64,000 bases of DNA from Candidatus Woesearchaeota archaeon (GTDB lineage Archaea; Nanobdellota; Nanobdellia; Woesearchaeales; 0-14-0-80-44-23): NCBI GenBank assembly GCA_038874135.1, contig JAVZCZ010000001.1, positions 288,968-352,967 on the forward strand, given 5' to 3'. Below, in pieces: positions 8,998-17,571 of the stretch (the stretch's first letter is position 1; the number at the start of each line of letters is the position of its first letter). Under the pieces are notes generated by a model, which searched no databases, was not told where the DNA came from, and saw nothing but the letters and a program-made list of their open reading frames with translations. The position numbers and the translations under genes are program-made.

Positions 8998-10494
8998 ATG
9001 AAAATTTTGCTCATAAACCCGCTTTTTTATTTTAATGGACATCTGTTTAAAAAGAATTACAAAGAGATTAATCTGGGATTATTATACTTAGCATCTGTTG
9101 CGCAAAAAGAAGGTTTTTCTGTTAAAATAATAGCTTTAAATAAACTAGAGACTGAGCGCATAATAAAAAGAGAAAAACCAGACATTGTTGGAATAAGTTG
9201 TATGATAGGACAACAACGGGCCGGTCTTACTATTGCAAAAAAGGTTAAAAAAGTCAATAAGAAGATTATCGTGATAGTGGGAGGGTATTATCCTACTTTC
9301 AGGTATAAAAAGATTTTGGAACAAATACCTGAAGTAGATGTAGTAGTGATAGGTGAAGGTGAAGAATCTTTTAGTGAACTATTAAGATTAATAAATCAGA
9401 AAAAGTTTAATTATAACAATCTAAAAAAGATTAAAGGGATTGCATTTAAAGAGAATAAAAAAATTGTTTTTACAGGAAATCGCGAATTACCGAATTTAGA
9501 TAAATTGCCTTGGCCTAGTAGGACGCTTTGGAGAACAGTTAATTTCTTTGCTTCTCGAGGGTGTAGATTTCGATGTAGGTACTGTTCAATAACCAAATTT
9601 TATAGAAAAGTTGAAAGGTTTAGATCAGTAAAAAATGTTATAGAAGAATTAAAGTGGTTAGAAAAGTTGGGGGAAAAAGATGTTAGTATTAATGACGATA
9701 ATTTCTTAGATAATTTGGATTGGTTTTATAAATTTAGGATATTTTATGTAAAGCAAAGATTAAAGATAAGGAGTGGGATAATGAGTAAACTATTAAATGT
9801 TTTAAGATTAAAAAAACTTAGGTATCTAAAGGAGTGTAATATTAATGAAATCAGTATAGGTTTGCAAGGGATAGGAGATGAAGAAAATAAATTTTTTAGA
9901 ACTGGACACACACTTAAATTATTAGAAGAATTTAATAAAAAACTAATAAGAGAAAACGTTGAATTTGATGCTATTAGTATATTTCTAATAATTAATAGTG
10001 GTGTCAAGCATGAGAACGAGGAATCAATTTTTAATAAGGTAAAGAGAGTAGTAGATCTTTTACCTGAAGGGGCTATCCCTAAGAAAAATAAGCTTGCATT
10101 GTACCCGGGAACAGATATTGCTGAATATTTCATAAAAAAGGGATACTACACAGAGAGTGAAAGCGTATTTAAAGATGATGACTATTTTAATTATTCTTAT
10201 GCAGACCTCAATGAAAGAAAACTTACTGACTTGATAGCTACTGTTGATCAACTATATGAAGAAAGAGCAAAAAGAGAAAGATGGAAAAAGATACCAAAGA
10301 GAATAAGTGCAAATTTTCTTAGTACGGTGAATGCTTACTTGATTATGCTAATGCGCTCTTCTATGAGTTTATGGTTGAAGATCCGTATACTTATGTTCAT
10401 AATATATATAGTTATTAAAGAGTTTGTTTCGTTCAGAAATCCAATTAAAAATGATTATAAATTGGGAAGAATGATCAAAATTAAATATTTCTGA
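8998..10494 (+). CDS. Cobalamin (B12)-binding radical SAM protein
   Basis: MKILLINPLFYF... B12-binding N-term. Radical SAM motif FASRGCRFRCRYCS (Cx3Cx2C). Longest ORF starts at 8974. Confidence 0.7.
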   Translation: MKILLINPLFYFNGHLFKKNYKEINLGLLYLASVAQKEGFSVKIIALNKLETERIIKREKPDIVGISCMIGQQRAGLTIAKKVKKVNKKIIVIVGGYYPTFRYKKILEQIPEVDVVVIGEGEESFSELLRLINQKKFNYNNLKKIKGIAFKENKKIVFTGNRELPNLDKLPWPSRTLWRTVNFFASRGCRFRCRYCSITKFYRKVERFRSVKNVIEELKWLEKLGEKDVSINDDNFLDNLDWFYKFRIFYVKQRLKIRSGIMSKLLNVLRLKKLRYLKECNINEISIGLQGIGDEENKFFRTGHTLKLLEEFNKKLIRENVEFDAISIFLIINSGVKHENEESIFNKVKRVVDLLPEGAIPKKNKLALYPGTDIAEYFIKKGYYTESESVFKDDDYFNYSYADLNERKLTDLIATVDQLYEERAKRERWKKIPKRISANFLSTVNAYLIMLMRSSMSLWLKIRILMFIIYIVIKEFVSFRNPIKNDYKLGRMIKIKYF

Positions 10495-10530
10495 AGAAGG
10501 GTTAGATGGGACTTGGACTTTAAATAAGTG

Positions 10531-10641
10531 CTATCCCAAACTGCTACTACCGGTAACGTGATAATTACACGAGCTAGTTATAGTATCAGTCATTGCAATC
10601 TTTCTAAGAGTGGGCTTTTTCCATACAATCTTGCGTTTCAT
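10531..10641 (-). CDS. Candidate RiPP precursor peptide (36 aa), unannotated small ORF
   Basis: My own translation: MKRKIVWKKPTLRKIAMTDTITSSCNYHVTGSSSLG. It lies 95 nt downstream of the HprK-like gene on the same strand. A TATA-like element (gtttatttataaac, 10661-10674) sits about 26 nt upstream of the ATG. The WKKP leader resembles the PqqA N-terminus. Confidence 0.35.
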   Translation of the reverse strand: MKRKIVWKKPTLRKIAMTDTITSSCNYHVTGSSSLG

Positions 10642-10736
10642 TTTATAAAAAATAATTATTGTTTATTTATAAACTTTTCGCAATAGCTTGGTTTAAACTT
10701 TTATGCTATTTTTAAACATGAAGATAAGCTAACCTT

Positions 10737-11588
10737 TTAAAGATTTGATGAATTGTTTGTAACAAAATTTGTTACGAAGGATACGACAGAATTGTCTTTT
10801 TTGAATTTAAGAGTATACGCTTTAACTGAGTTAACACACGACATCACCAATTTTATGAATTTGGCCTTTGATTCAAAGCTGTAAGGTATTATTGAATTTT
10901 TTAATAAATTATTCAAAAAACTATTTATTCTTATATCTTGTATACTATTATGATTAGATTTTTTAATGAAGAATATATATGCGAGTTCTCCTTTTTTATT
11001 AGAAAAAGATTTCGCACTGCTCTGTGCAGGAGTTCCATAACAGTAAAATTTTCCATTTTTTTTAATGATTATATTAAGTTCGTCGCTAAAACAATTAAAT
11101 CCTGATTTTTTAAACAGTTTACATAGAGTACTTTTTCCTGTTCCGCAGGGACCGACAAATAGAACTACTCTTTTGCGATTGTGCAAATCAAACATAACTC
11201 CGGAGGAATGAACTAAAAAGCTATTTTTTTTCGTCAAATACATCGCCAGTATTCTTTTATTAAAAATGTTTTCAATATCTGTCTTATTAGAAAAGAAGCT
11301 AACTTTATTTTTTTCCTTTATTACGCCCCACTCGCCAGTTTTAGGTTTTATAATTAACTTAGAATTATATTCTAAAAATTTAACTGCAAAGTCTCTGCTC
11401 ACAAGTTTAGATCCTGGAGGGACACAAAAATATCTATAATTCTTCATTAAGAAGGTATAATCCTCTTTTTTATTAGTTCTAAATTGAGCAAATCTATTTA
11501 AGTTAAGATTTTTTTCAGAAACTACCTTAACTACTACTGGACCTATTTTTATTTTAAATTTTTTCATATAAATCACAGTTAATAACAA
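10737..11588 (-). CDS. HPr kinase-related P-loop protein (HprK-like, peptide-maturation associated)
   Basis: Walker A FVGPCGTGKSTLCKLF, in HprK C-terminal-domain-like context. Same strand as the rSAM/SPASM and PqqD genes, and overlaps the rSAM stop. Confidence 0.55.
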   Translation of the reverse strand: MLLTVIYMKKFKIKIGPVVVKVVSEKNLNLNRFAQFRTNKKEDYTFLMKNYRYFCVPPGSKLVSRDFAVKFLEYNSKLIIKPKTGEWGVIKEKNKVSFFSNKTDIENIFNKRILAMYLTKKNSFLVHSSGVMFDLHNRKRVVLFVGPCGTGKSTLCKLFKKSGFNCFSDELNIIIKKNGKFYCYGTPAQSSAKSFSNKKGELAYIFFIKKSNHNSIQDIRINSFLNNLLKNSIIPYSFESKAKFIKLVMSCVNSVKAYTLKFKKDNSVVSFVTNFVTNNSSNL

Positions 11589-12580
11589 TTGTTAAAAAAG
11601 AGTTTAGCAAGTTTACACAAGCGTGGAATCTTTGCTGAGTTAGATGATTTTGGATCGAAGGATTTGATTTCTTGTTCTGCAAAGCCAGGACACCAAAAAC
11701 ATATATTACGGTATTTACAACTAGCACACTTTTTGAATTTCTTTATGTAACTTTGTCTAATGTATTTTAAAGTTTTAAAAGCAATTCTCAGATTCGGAAG
11801 AGCTTTTACTCTTTTTTTTCTTAAGAGGAAGCAGAGCCCCATATTTCCTTTTGAATCAATATGAAAAGAGCGGATACCTGCACTGCAATTAAAAACTTCA
11901 GCTGAATGTTTTAATACTTTTAAGTTTATTTTGTATCTATTACAAAACAAATCAAAAAGATCGTGTGTTGATAAACTAACCTTTCTAGCATTTTTTCCGA
12001 TGATAATTGGATTAAACTCTATCCTTTTTTTTGTAAAGTTCAAACTAAGATTATCAAGTTTTTTAAAGTATTTCTTTAACTGATAAAGAGGAAGCGTTCT
12101 GAGTTCTAGATTAAATTTCTTTAAGGATTTAAGATTATTTAGTACAGTAGTGTATGCTGCTTTTCCAGTTATTTTTCTATACGTAATGTTATCGACTCCG
12201 TACAATGTGATTCTTATAAGCATAGGAGGTTTTTTCTTAAAAGTATCTAATATTTTTTTTGTAACAAAAGACCCATTTGAGTTTATAGTTATTCTATTAC
12301 CAAACAGGGTGTACGCATAATTATAAATTTCTAAAAAGTTTGGATGAAGTAGAGGTTCTCCTCCTGTTAGAATTATATTTGTAACACCGAGTCGATAGGC
12401 CTGTTTAAGAATCTTTTTAAATTTGATCACGGGTAATTCTGAGCTAGTAGCTTGTTTAATATTCTTAAAATAGCAATGTTTACATTTGAAGTTGCATTTC
12501 TGTGTTATTTCCAAATGAAGAAGATTAGGGGGAAATTCCTGATTTAAGATAGTTTCAGATTCTTTATCGTAGCTGTACAT
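11579..12580 (-). CDS. Radical SAM peptide maturase with C-terminal SPASM-type Cys cluster
   Basis: LEITQKCNFKCKHCYF (Cx3Cx2C), TGGEPLL. C-terminal CASCKYRNICFWCPGFAEQE auxiliary cluster motif. Confidence 0.7.
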   Translation of the reverse strand: MYSYDKESETILNQEFPPNLLHLEITQKCNFKCKHCYFKNIKQATSSELPVIKFKKILKQAYRLGVTNIILTGGEPLLHPNFLEIYNYAYTLFGNRITINSNGSFVTKKILDTFKKKPPMLIRITLYGVDNITYRKITGKAAYTTVLNNLKSLKKFNLELRTLPLYQLKKYFKKLDNLSLNFTKKRIEFNPIIIGKNARKVSLSTHDLFDLFCNRYKINLKVLKHSAEVFNCSAGIRSFHIDSKGNMGLCFLLRKKRVKALPNLRIAFKTLKYIRQSYIKKFKKCASCKYRNICFWCPGFAEQEIKSFDPKSSNSAKIPRLCKLAKLFFNNCY

Positions 12581-12581
12581 T

Positions 12582-12854
12582 TTAGGATTTTATTAAGATT
12601 TTTAAAGACAGTGCTTTTTTAATAAAGTTCATAAAATCTTTATCTAATTTACTTGCACTAATATCAAATTTCCGGCTTAGAATTTTTTTAGTTTTAGAAA
12701 TCCCATTTTTTACAACACCTTTTAATATGATCGATGCAGTTTTATTTAAGATAAAGTAATTAGGAGAATTTTTTCTAGTTAGTATCAGAAAGTACTGATT
12801 ATTATTAACTGAATAGAATCTGGCTTTTCCATTAAAAAAATATTTTTTTGACAT
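12582..12854 (-). CDS. PqqD-family RiPP recognition element (peptide chaperone)
   Basis: 90 aa. YFILNKTASIILKGVVKNGISKTKKILSRKFDISASKLDKDFMNFIKKAL matches the PqqD fold pattern. The radical SAM gene starts 1 nt downstream. Confidence 0.6.
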   Translation of the reverse strand: MSKKYFFNGKARFYSVNNNQYFLILTRKNSPNYFILNKTASIILKGVVKNGISKTKKILSRKFDISASKLDKDFMNFIKKALSLKILIKS

Positions 12855-12909
12855 AATTAATATTAAAAAGGCAGTAAGCTTTTTAAATATTGCTATTTTA
12901 ATTTTTAAA

Positions 12910-14394
12910 GTGAATAAGATAAATAATACAAAAGAAAGAATTGATAAAGAACTAGTTTTTCTAATAATCTTATCAATTTTTTTAAGATTTATATGGCTAT
13001 ATGCTGCTATAGAACGAGATGAAGGAATTTTTGGTTATAGTGCATTTAAACTATCGATTAATGAATTAAAAATTGTGGATAATAAAATTCCTATTGTTTA
13101 TATCATCTATTTATTAATAATGATTATACACAAATTACTTTCCTTTAATTTTCCTGTAATTATTAGTGTACGAATTGTTAATAACCTCCTATTCCTAATA
13201 GCAGTAGTTTGCTTATATAGGTTTTTTTCAGAGGAAAAAAGAGAAATTGCCTTTTTTTCTACTATCTTTTTCATAATATTCATGAATCTTCCTGTTTTTG
13301 AAGGACAACTTGCTATGACTGAATCATTGGGAATGAATTTTTTTGTGTTAGGATTAATATATATGCTTAGATATGCTAAACATTATGAACCTGCTTATTT
13401 TAGAATATCATTTTTTTTCTTTTTACTGGCCGCTTTATTAAAGTACCCTTTTTTGTTCCTTTCAGTTCATACGATTATATTTTTTATAAAAAACAGAACA
13501 GGTTTTAAAAAAGTTGCTCTTTTTTTAATTACTTATTTTATAACAGCGATTCTGATGCTTGGTTTCTATTTTATTGCATTTCCTGAAAATGTTTTATTTT
13601 TTATTATTGAAAGTATAAACGTATTAAATGAGGTCCCTGAAATTTACAGTTTTAGTAGTCTTAAGTTAGTTCTTATCGAGGGTTTCTTTTTTATAATTTT
13701 AGTTGTTTTAGGTGTTTTAGAGTATTATAAAGTAGAGAAAAAGGAGAAAATTTTTTATTTGTTTAAGAATATGTTGCTTATCTCATTGGTACTCTCATTG
13801 ATTCCTCCTTCGTTTGGTCATTATTTTCTGATAAATTCAATAGCTGTAGCATTTTTTGCTGGAGTTGGAATACTATCCTTAAAAAGGTTTAGCATTAAAT
13901 TAGTGAAGTATATCATAATTGTAATTCTTTTCCTTGCAATTATAATCTCAGTTTATTTTTCAATGTTACAATATCCTAATCTTAACATTAATTTTAAAGG
14001 AATTAACGTAGTATATAATGATTTCTTAGATTTGAAACAGCAGTTAGAAGTTTCAAAATTTTTAGAAAATCATATTAAACAAAACGAGAGCTTTGCCATG
14101 TGTGGTTTTGATGGAACTTTAGGTTGGCTGTCAGAACGGCGTATTTTTTCTGGAGTTAGAAAATTTTGTTATATTCCAAACGGAAAAGAAAATGAAAATA
14201 AAGTTTTAAAAATATTAAAAGATAGATACCTTTCAAGAATTATAATTTATGATGTAGCTAAAATTTTAAGTTGCGAACTACCAGATAATATTAAATATCT
14301 GGTTCTATTTACTAATGCATATGATGAAACTTTGTTTAAATGTACTGGTAAGATTGAGATGAAATATGATAATTTATTGATTTGCAAATGTTAA
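12910..14394 (+). CDS. Polytopic membrane protein, GT-C (PMT/ArnT-like) glycosyltransferase candidate
   Basis: About 11 predicted TM helices followed by a C-terminal soluble domain. GTG start. Shares the IPPSFGHYF module with 8240..8935. Confidence 0.45.
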   Translation: MNKINNTKERIDKELVFLIILSIFLRFIWLYAAIERDEGIFGYSAFKLSINELKIVDNKIPIVYIIYLLIMIIHKLLSFNFPVIISVRIVNNLLFLIAVVCLYRFFSEEKREIAFFSTIFFIIFMNLPVFEGQLAMTESLGMNFFVLGLIYMLRYAKHYEPAYFRISFFFFLLAALLKYPFLFLSVHTIIFFIKNRTGFKKVALFLITYFITAILMLGFYFIAFPENVLFFIIESINVLNEVPEIYSFSSLKLVLIEGFFFIILVVLGVLEYYKVEKKEKIFYLFKNMLLISLVLSLIPPSFGHYFLINSIAVAFFAGVGILSLKRFSIKLVKYIIIVILFLAIIISVYFSMLQYPNLNINFKGINVVYNDFLDLKQQLEVSKFLENHIKQNESFAMCGFDGTLGWLSERRIFSGVRKFCYIPNGKENENKVLKILKDRYLSRIIIYDVAKILSCELPDNIKYLVLFTNAYDETLFKCTGKIEMKYDNLLICKC

Positions 14395-15548
14395 GTGACA
14401 AAATGATAGTAAAGAATTACAGACGGCTAAGATTCATCATTGTGTTACTTTTTATTGAAATGATTATCATATTAATGTGGTTATCACATTATGAGATTGA
14501 GAGATATCAACAGCAACAGATTAATAAGTTGAATGAAAAGATTGAAAAATTACTCGAGTATTCAAAGCATTTAAATAACAACTGTACAGTTATTGTTTAT
14601 GAAGATAACAGTTTAATATGTGAAAAAACTGCTGGGCCATACACAATTTATGATTACATAAAATTATACGAATTCACAGGAGAACTGGATTTTTTTAATA
14701 CTGCTAAAAGATTAAGTGCTTGCTTGGAAAATTCAAATTTTTCATATATTAAAGATAGATGTGATTTAAATCTGTGGGATGGCAAAAATTATAAAATTGC
14801 CTGGATGTTTTCTGAATATTATTATTATAATCATTTGAACAAATCGGCAGGAGACATTTATAAAAAAATGTTAGAAGATTTAAAAATGAATATTTCTAAT
14901 AACCAGAATATATCTGAAAATTTAATATTAACCCAGTTTAAAATAAGGGAGCTTAGAGCATTAGAACAACAAGCCATTAATAAATGTATTATAAACAAAG
15001 AATGCAATATAACCGAGGAATATAAAAAGATAATTCAAGCATATCTAGAGATTGAAAGTATTTCTGAAACAAATTTTTTTTACATAAACCCTCAATGGTT
15101 ACAAGGAGCATGTTCTGCATTAAAAGGATTTAAAATGTATGGAGACCCTAAAAATTTTGAAACAAATATTATAATAAAAGAAATTGAAATTAGAGTATTT
15201 CACAGAATCAGTAGACTTTTAAGTGATCAAAGAATAGAAGGATATTTTAATGAAAAATTTTTTTCAAAAAAAGATGATGTAGATAGTACAATCTATACAT
15301 ACAAAGCAGTATTAGCGTTAGACGCCTGTCTTGATGCAAAATTAGCACCTTACAGCTTAAATGCAATAATTAATCAAAGTATAAAAAAAGGTTTAATCTA
15401 TTTACTAAATCAACAGGATGAAAAAGGAGGAATAATTGAAAGATATAAAGTTCCACATAAAACAGAAAGTTTAAACGATGAGATCCTTGTACTCGCTATA
15501 AAATATTTTGGTCTTCCCTACAAAAAAATAAATGAAAAAATCAAGTAA
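14382..15548 (+). CDS. Hypothetical N-terminally membrane-anchored protein
   Basis: Single N-terminal TM (FIIVLLFIEMIIILMWL), then a soluble domain with Cys pairs. 13-nt overlap with the upstream gene. No confident family assignment. Confidence 0.4.
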   Translation: MQMLSDKMIVKNYRRLRFIIVLLFIEMIIILMWLSHYEIERYQQQQINKLNEKIEKLLEYSKHLNNNCTVIVYEDNSLICEKTAGPYTIYDYIKLYEFTGELDFFNTAKRLSACLENSNFSYIKDRCDLNLWDGKNYKIAWMFSEYYYYNHLNKSAGDIYKKMLEDLKMNISNNQNISENLILTQFKIRELRALEQQAINKCIINKECNITEEYKKIIQAYLEIESISETNFFYINPQWLQGACSALKGFKMYGDPKNFETNIIIKEIEIRVFHRISRLLSDQRIEGYFNEKFFSKKDDVDSTIYTYKAVLALDACLDAKLAPYSLNAIINQSIKKGLIYLLNQQDEKGGIIERYKVPHKTESLNDEILVLAIKYFGLPYKKINEKIK

Positions 15549-15624
15549 GTAGATTAGAATGATTTTAGATAACAATTTAAATATGAAAAATATTTTATAA
15601 TCCATACCTAAAAGAGGAAAATTT

Positions 15625-17430
15625 ATGAAATTTAAAAGATCTCCAAAAGTATATCAAAATTATAAGTGTGACAATCCTAAGAATACAATAAGAAAAATTG
15701 ATAGTGGCTTTAGAAGAGTTGGTCTTGCGGTAGTGTACAGATGTAAAGAAATTAAATTAAAAAATTTAAATTATTTCACGGGTAGTGTGAGGCTTCCTTA
15801 CTTAAATCTTACAAGTAATGGGAAAGGCTGGAATTATTATTTAAGCAAAGCCAGTGCATGTGGAGAAGCTGTTGAACGATTTTCAGCTGAGATGCATTCT
15901 CCTGCATCTTATCTATTTATGAAGAGTATTATAAAAAATTTCTGGGCAGATGATATTAAATATTATTCTTCTTTTTATTTTAAATCTTTTACAAAAAATA
16001 AAGGGAATAGTAATAAAGCAAGTTATACAAATGATAAAGTCACTAATAATTGGTTGAGAGAAATTAAAAAACAGATGAACAGTGTGAGAAGGAATAGTAA
16101 AAATGTTTATGCATTCTCTCTAATTCATAAAAAATATATAAGAATTCCTGCAACAAAGGTTAAATTATTATCATTTTCGAATGGGCTAGCTGCTGGCAAT
16201 ACCCTAGAAGAAGCAATTGTTCAGGGAGCTAATGAAATTTTTGAAAGATATATTTTAGCAAGAGTTATTAATAATAAAAAGAAGATATGGCCAACGATTG
16301 ATAAAACCAGTATAAAAAGTAAGAGGATAATTAATTTTATTAAGTTATTTGAAAGTAACAATTTTGACATAATTTTAAAAGATTTTTCATTGAATGGCGA
16401 ATTTCCCTGTTATGGTGTATTATTTGTTAATAACAATTTAAAGAATACAAAAAATAAAATAAAAAAAAGGTATTTTTTTAGAAGAGTAAGAATTGCATCA
16501 GATTTTAATCCTGAGATTGCTATTCTAAGATGCTTTATGGAAGAATTACAAGGTAAAGATTTAAAAGATCTAAAAAAACATAAATATTTAGACTCAATTT
16601 GGGAGTTGGGCCTAAAGGAAAATTTAAAGTTTGTATTCAATACGGATCTATCAAACTTAAGATATTACCATTATCCTAAGAGTTTAAGACATCTAGAAGA
16701 AGGTAAAATAGAAAAGTTTGACCATTTAAAAAATAAGAAATTTAGTGATTTCTATGATGAACTAGAAGAAATTAAAAAAATAATAGAAAAACAGAAAAGA
16801 GATATCTTAATTATCGATTATACCCATCCGAAAATAAGGTTTCCTGTTGTGCGAGTAATAATTCCAGGCATGTCAGATATGGTAAATTTGTTTTCATCAA
16901 TTAGACTAACAAAAGCATCAGATGAAGAGATATATTCTCTAATGTATCCTTATTTTAAGTATATGAAAAGATTTATTTTAAATAATATGTGGGTCAAATC
17001 ACAAGAAGGAGTTAAAGAGTTTGTTGAAGCGCTCAGATCATATATTTCAAATTATCCGCTTATGGAAGAGATTCCAACTCCGGTTTTCCCATTAAAAGAA
17101 AATTCAGTTTATATGCTAATGCTATTTTCCTATTTGCGAATAAGAAAGTATGAATCAGCTCTTAATTATCTAAAAACAATAATAAAAATTTATCCAAAAA
17201 ACAAAAAACTTTTTGATAAACTGTACCGATATTTAAAAAGTGTAAAAAAAGATAATATAAACTATGAGAGAATTAAAGTAATGGTTAAAGATCTACCATT
17301 TCAGGAAAAAGTTATACTTTTAGAACCACATAGAAACCCATTAGACCCAAATTTTTTCCTAAGTAAAGAAAATGAATTTTTTACTAAATTAGTTTTGATT
17401 AGAGCAATGAAATCTTTTGAGGGGTCATAA
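15625..17430 (+). CDS. YcaO-domain protein with C-terminal TPR-like extension (E. coli YcaO-like architecture)
   Basis: ATP-binding YcaO motifs SNGKGWNYYLSKASACGEAVERFSAE and SFSNGLAAGNTLEEAIVQGANEIFERYI. 601 aa. Shine-Dalgarno-like aagagga lies upstream. Confidence 0.8.
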   Translation: MKFKRSPKVYQNYKCDNPKNTIRKIDSGFRRVGLAVVYRCKEIKLKNLNYFTGSVRLPYLNLTSNGKGWNYYLSKASACGEAVERFSAEMHSPASYLFMKSIIKNFWADDIKYYSSFYFKSFTKNKGNSNKASYTNDKVTNNWLREIKKQMNSVRRNSKNVYAFSLIHKKYIRIPATKVKLLSFSNGLAAGNTLEEAIVQGANEIFERYILARVINNKKKIWPTIDKTSIKSKRIINFIKLFESNNFDIILKDFSLNGEFPCYGVLFVNNNLKNTKNKIKKRYFFRRVRIASDFNPEIAILRCFMEELQGKDLKDLKKHKYLDSIWELGLKENLKFVFNTDLSNLRYYHYPKSLRHLEEGKIEKFDHLKNKKFSDFYDELEEIKKIIEKQKRDILIIDYTHPKIRFPVVRVIIPGMSDMVNLFSSIRLTKASDEEIYSLMYPYFKYMKRFILNNMWVKSQEGVKEFVEALRSYISNYPLMEEIPTPVFPLKENSVYMLMLFSYLRIRKYESALNYLKTIIKIYPKNKKLFDKLYRYLKSVKKDNINYERIKVMVKDLPFQEKVILLEPHRNPLDPNFFLSKENEFFTKLVLIRAMKSFEGS

Positions 17431-17571
17431 AAAGGGAATGGCTGAATTAGAGATAAATAAAGCAAAGATTACCAGAAAGACCTGTGAACTAAAAATGCAT
17501 GAAATTTAGAAACCTTTTTAAACCCTTCCCTTTACTCCCTTGTGAGGTAAAGATTTTGAAGGGGAATTTAA

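Noticed and set aside
17438-17506. 22-aa ORF MAELEINKAKITRKTCELKMHEI downstream of YcaO
   Set aside because: Considered as a possible YcaO substrate peptide. It has no leader/core character, no RBS or TATA at proper spacing, and overlaps a probable terminator or leader structure. Too weak to call.
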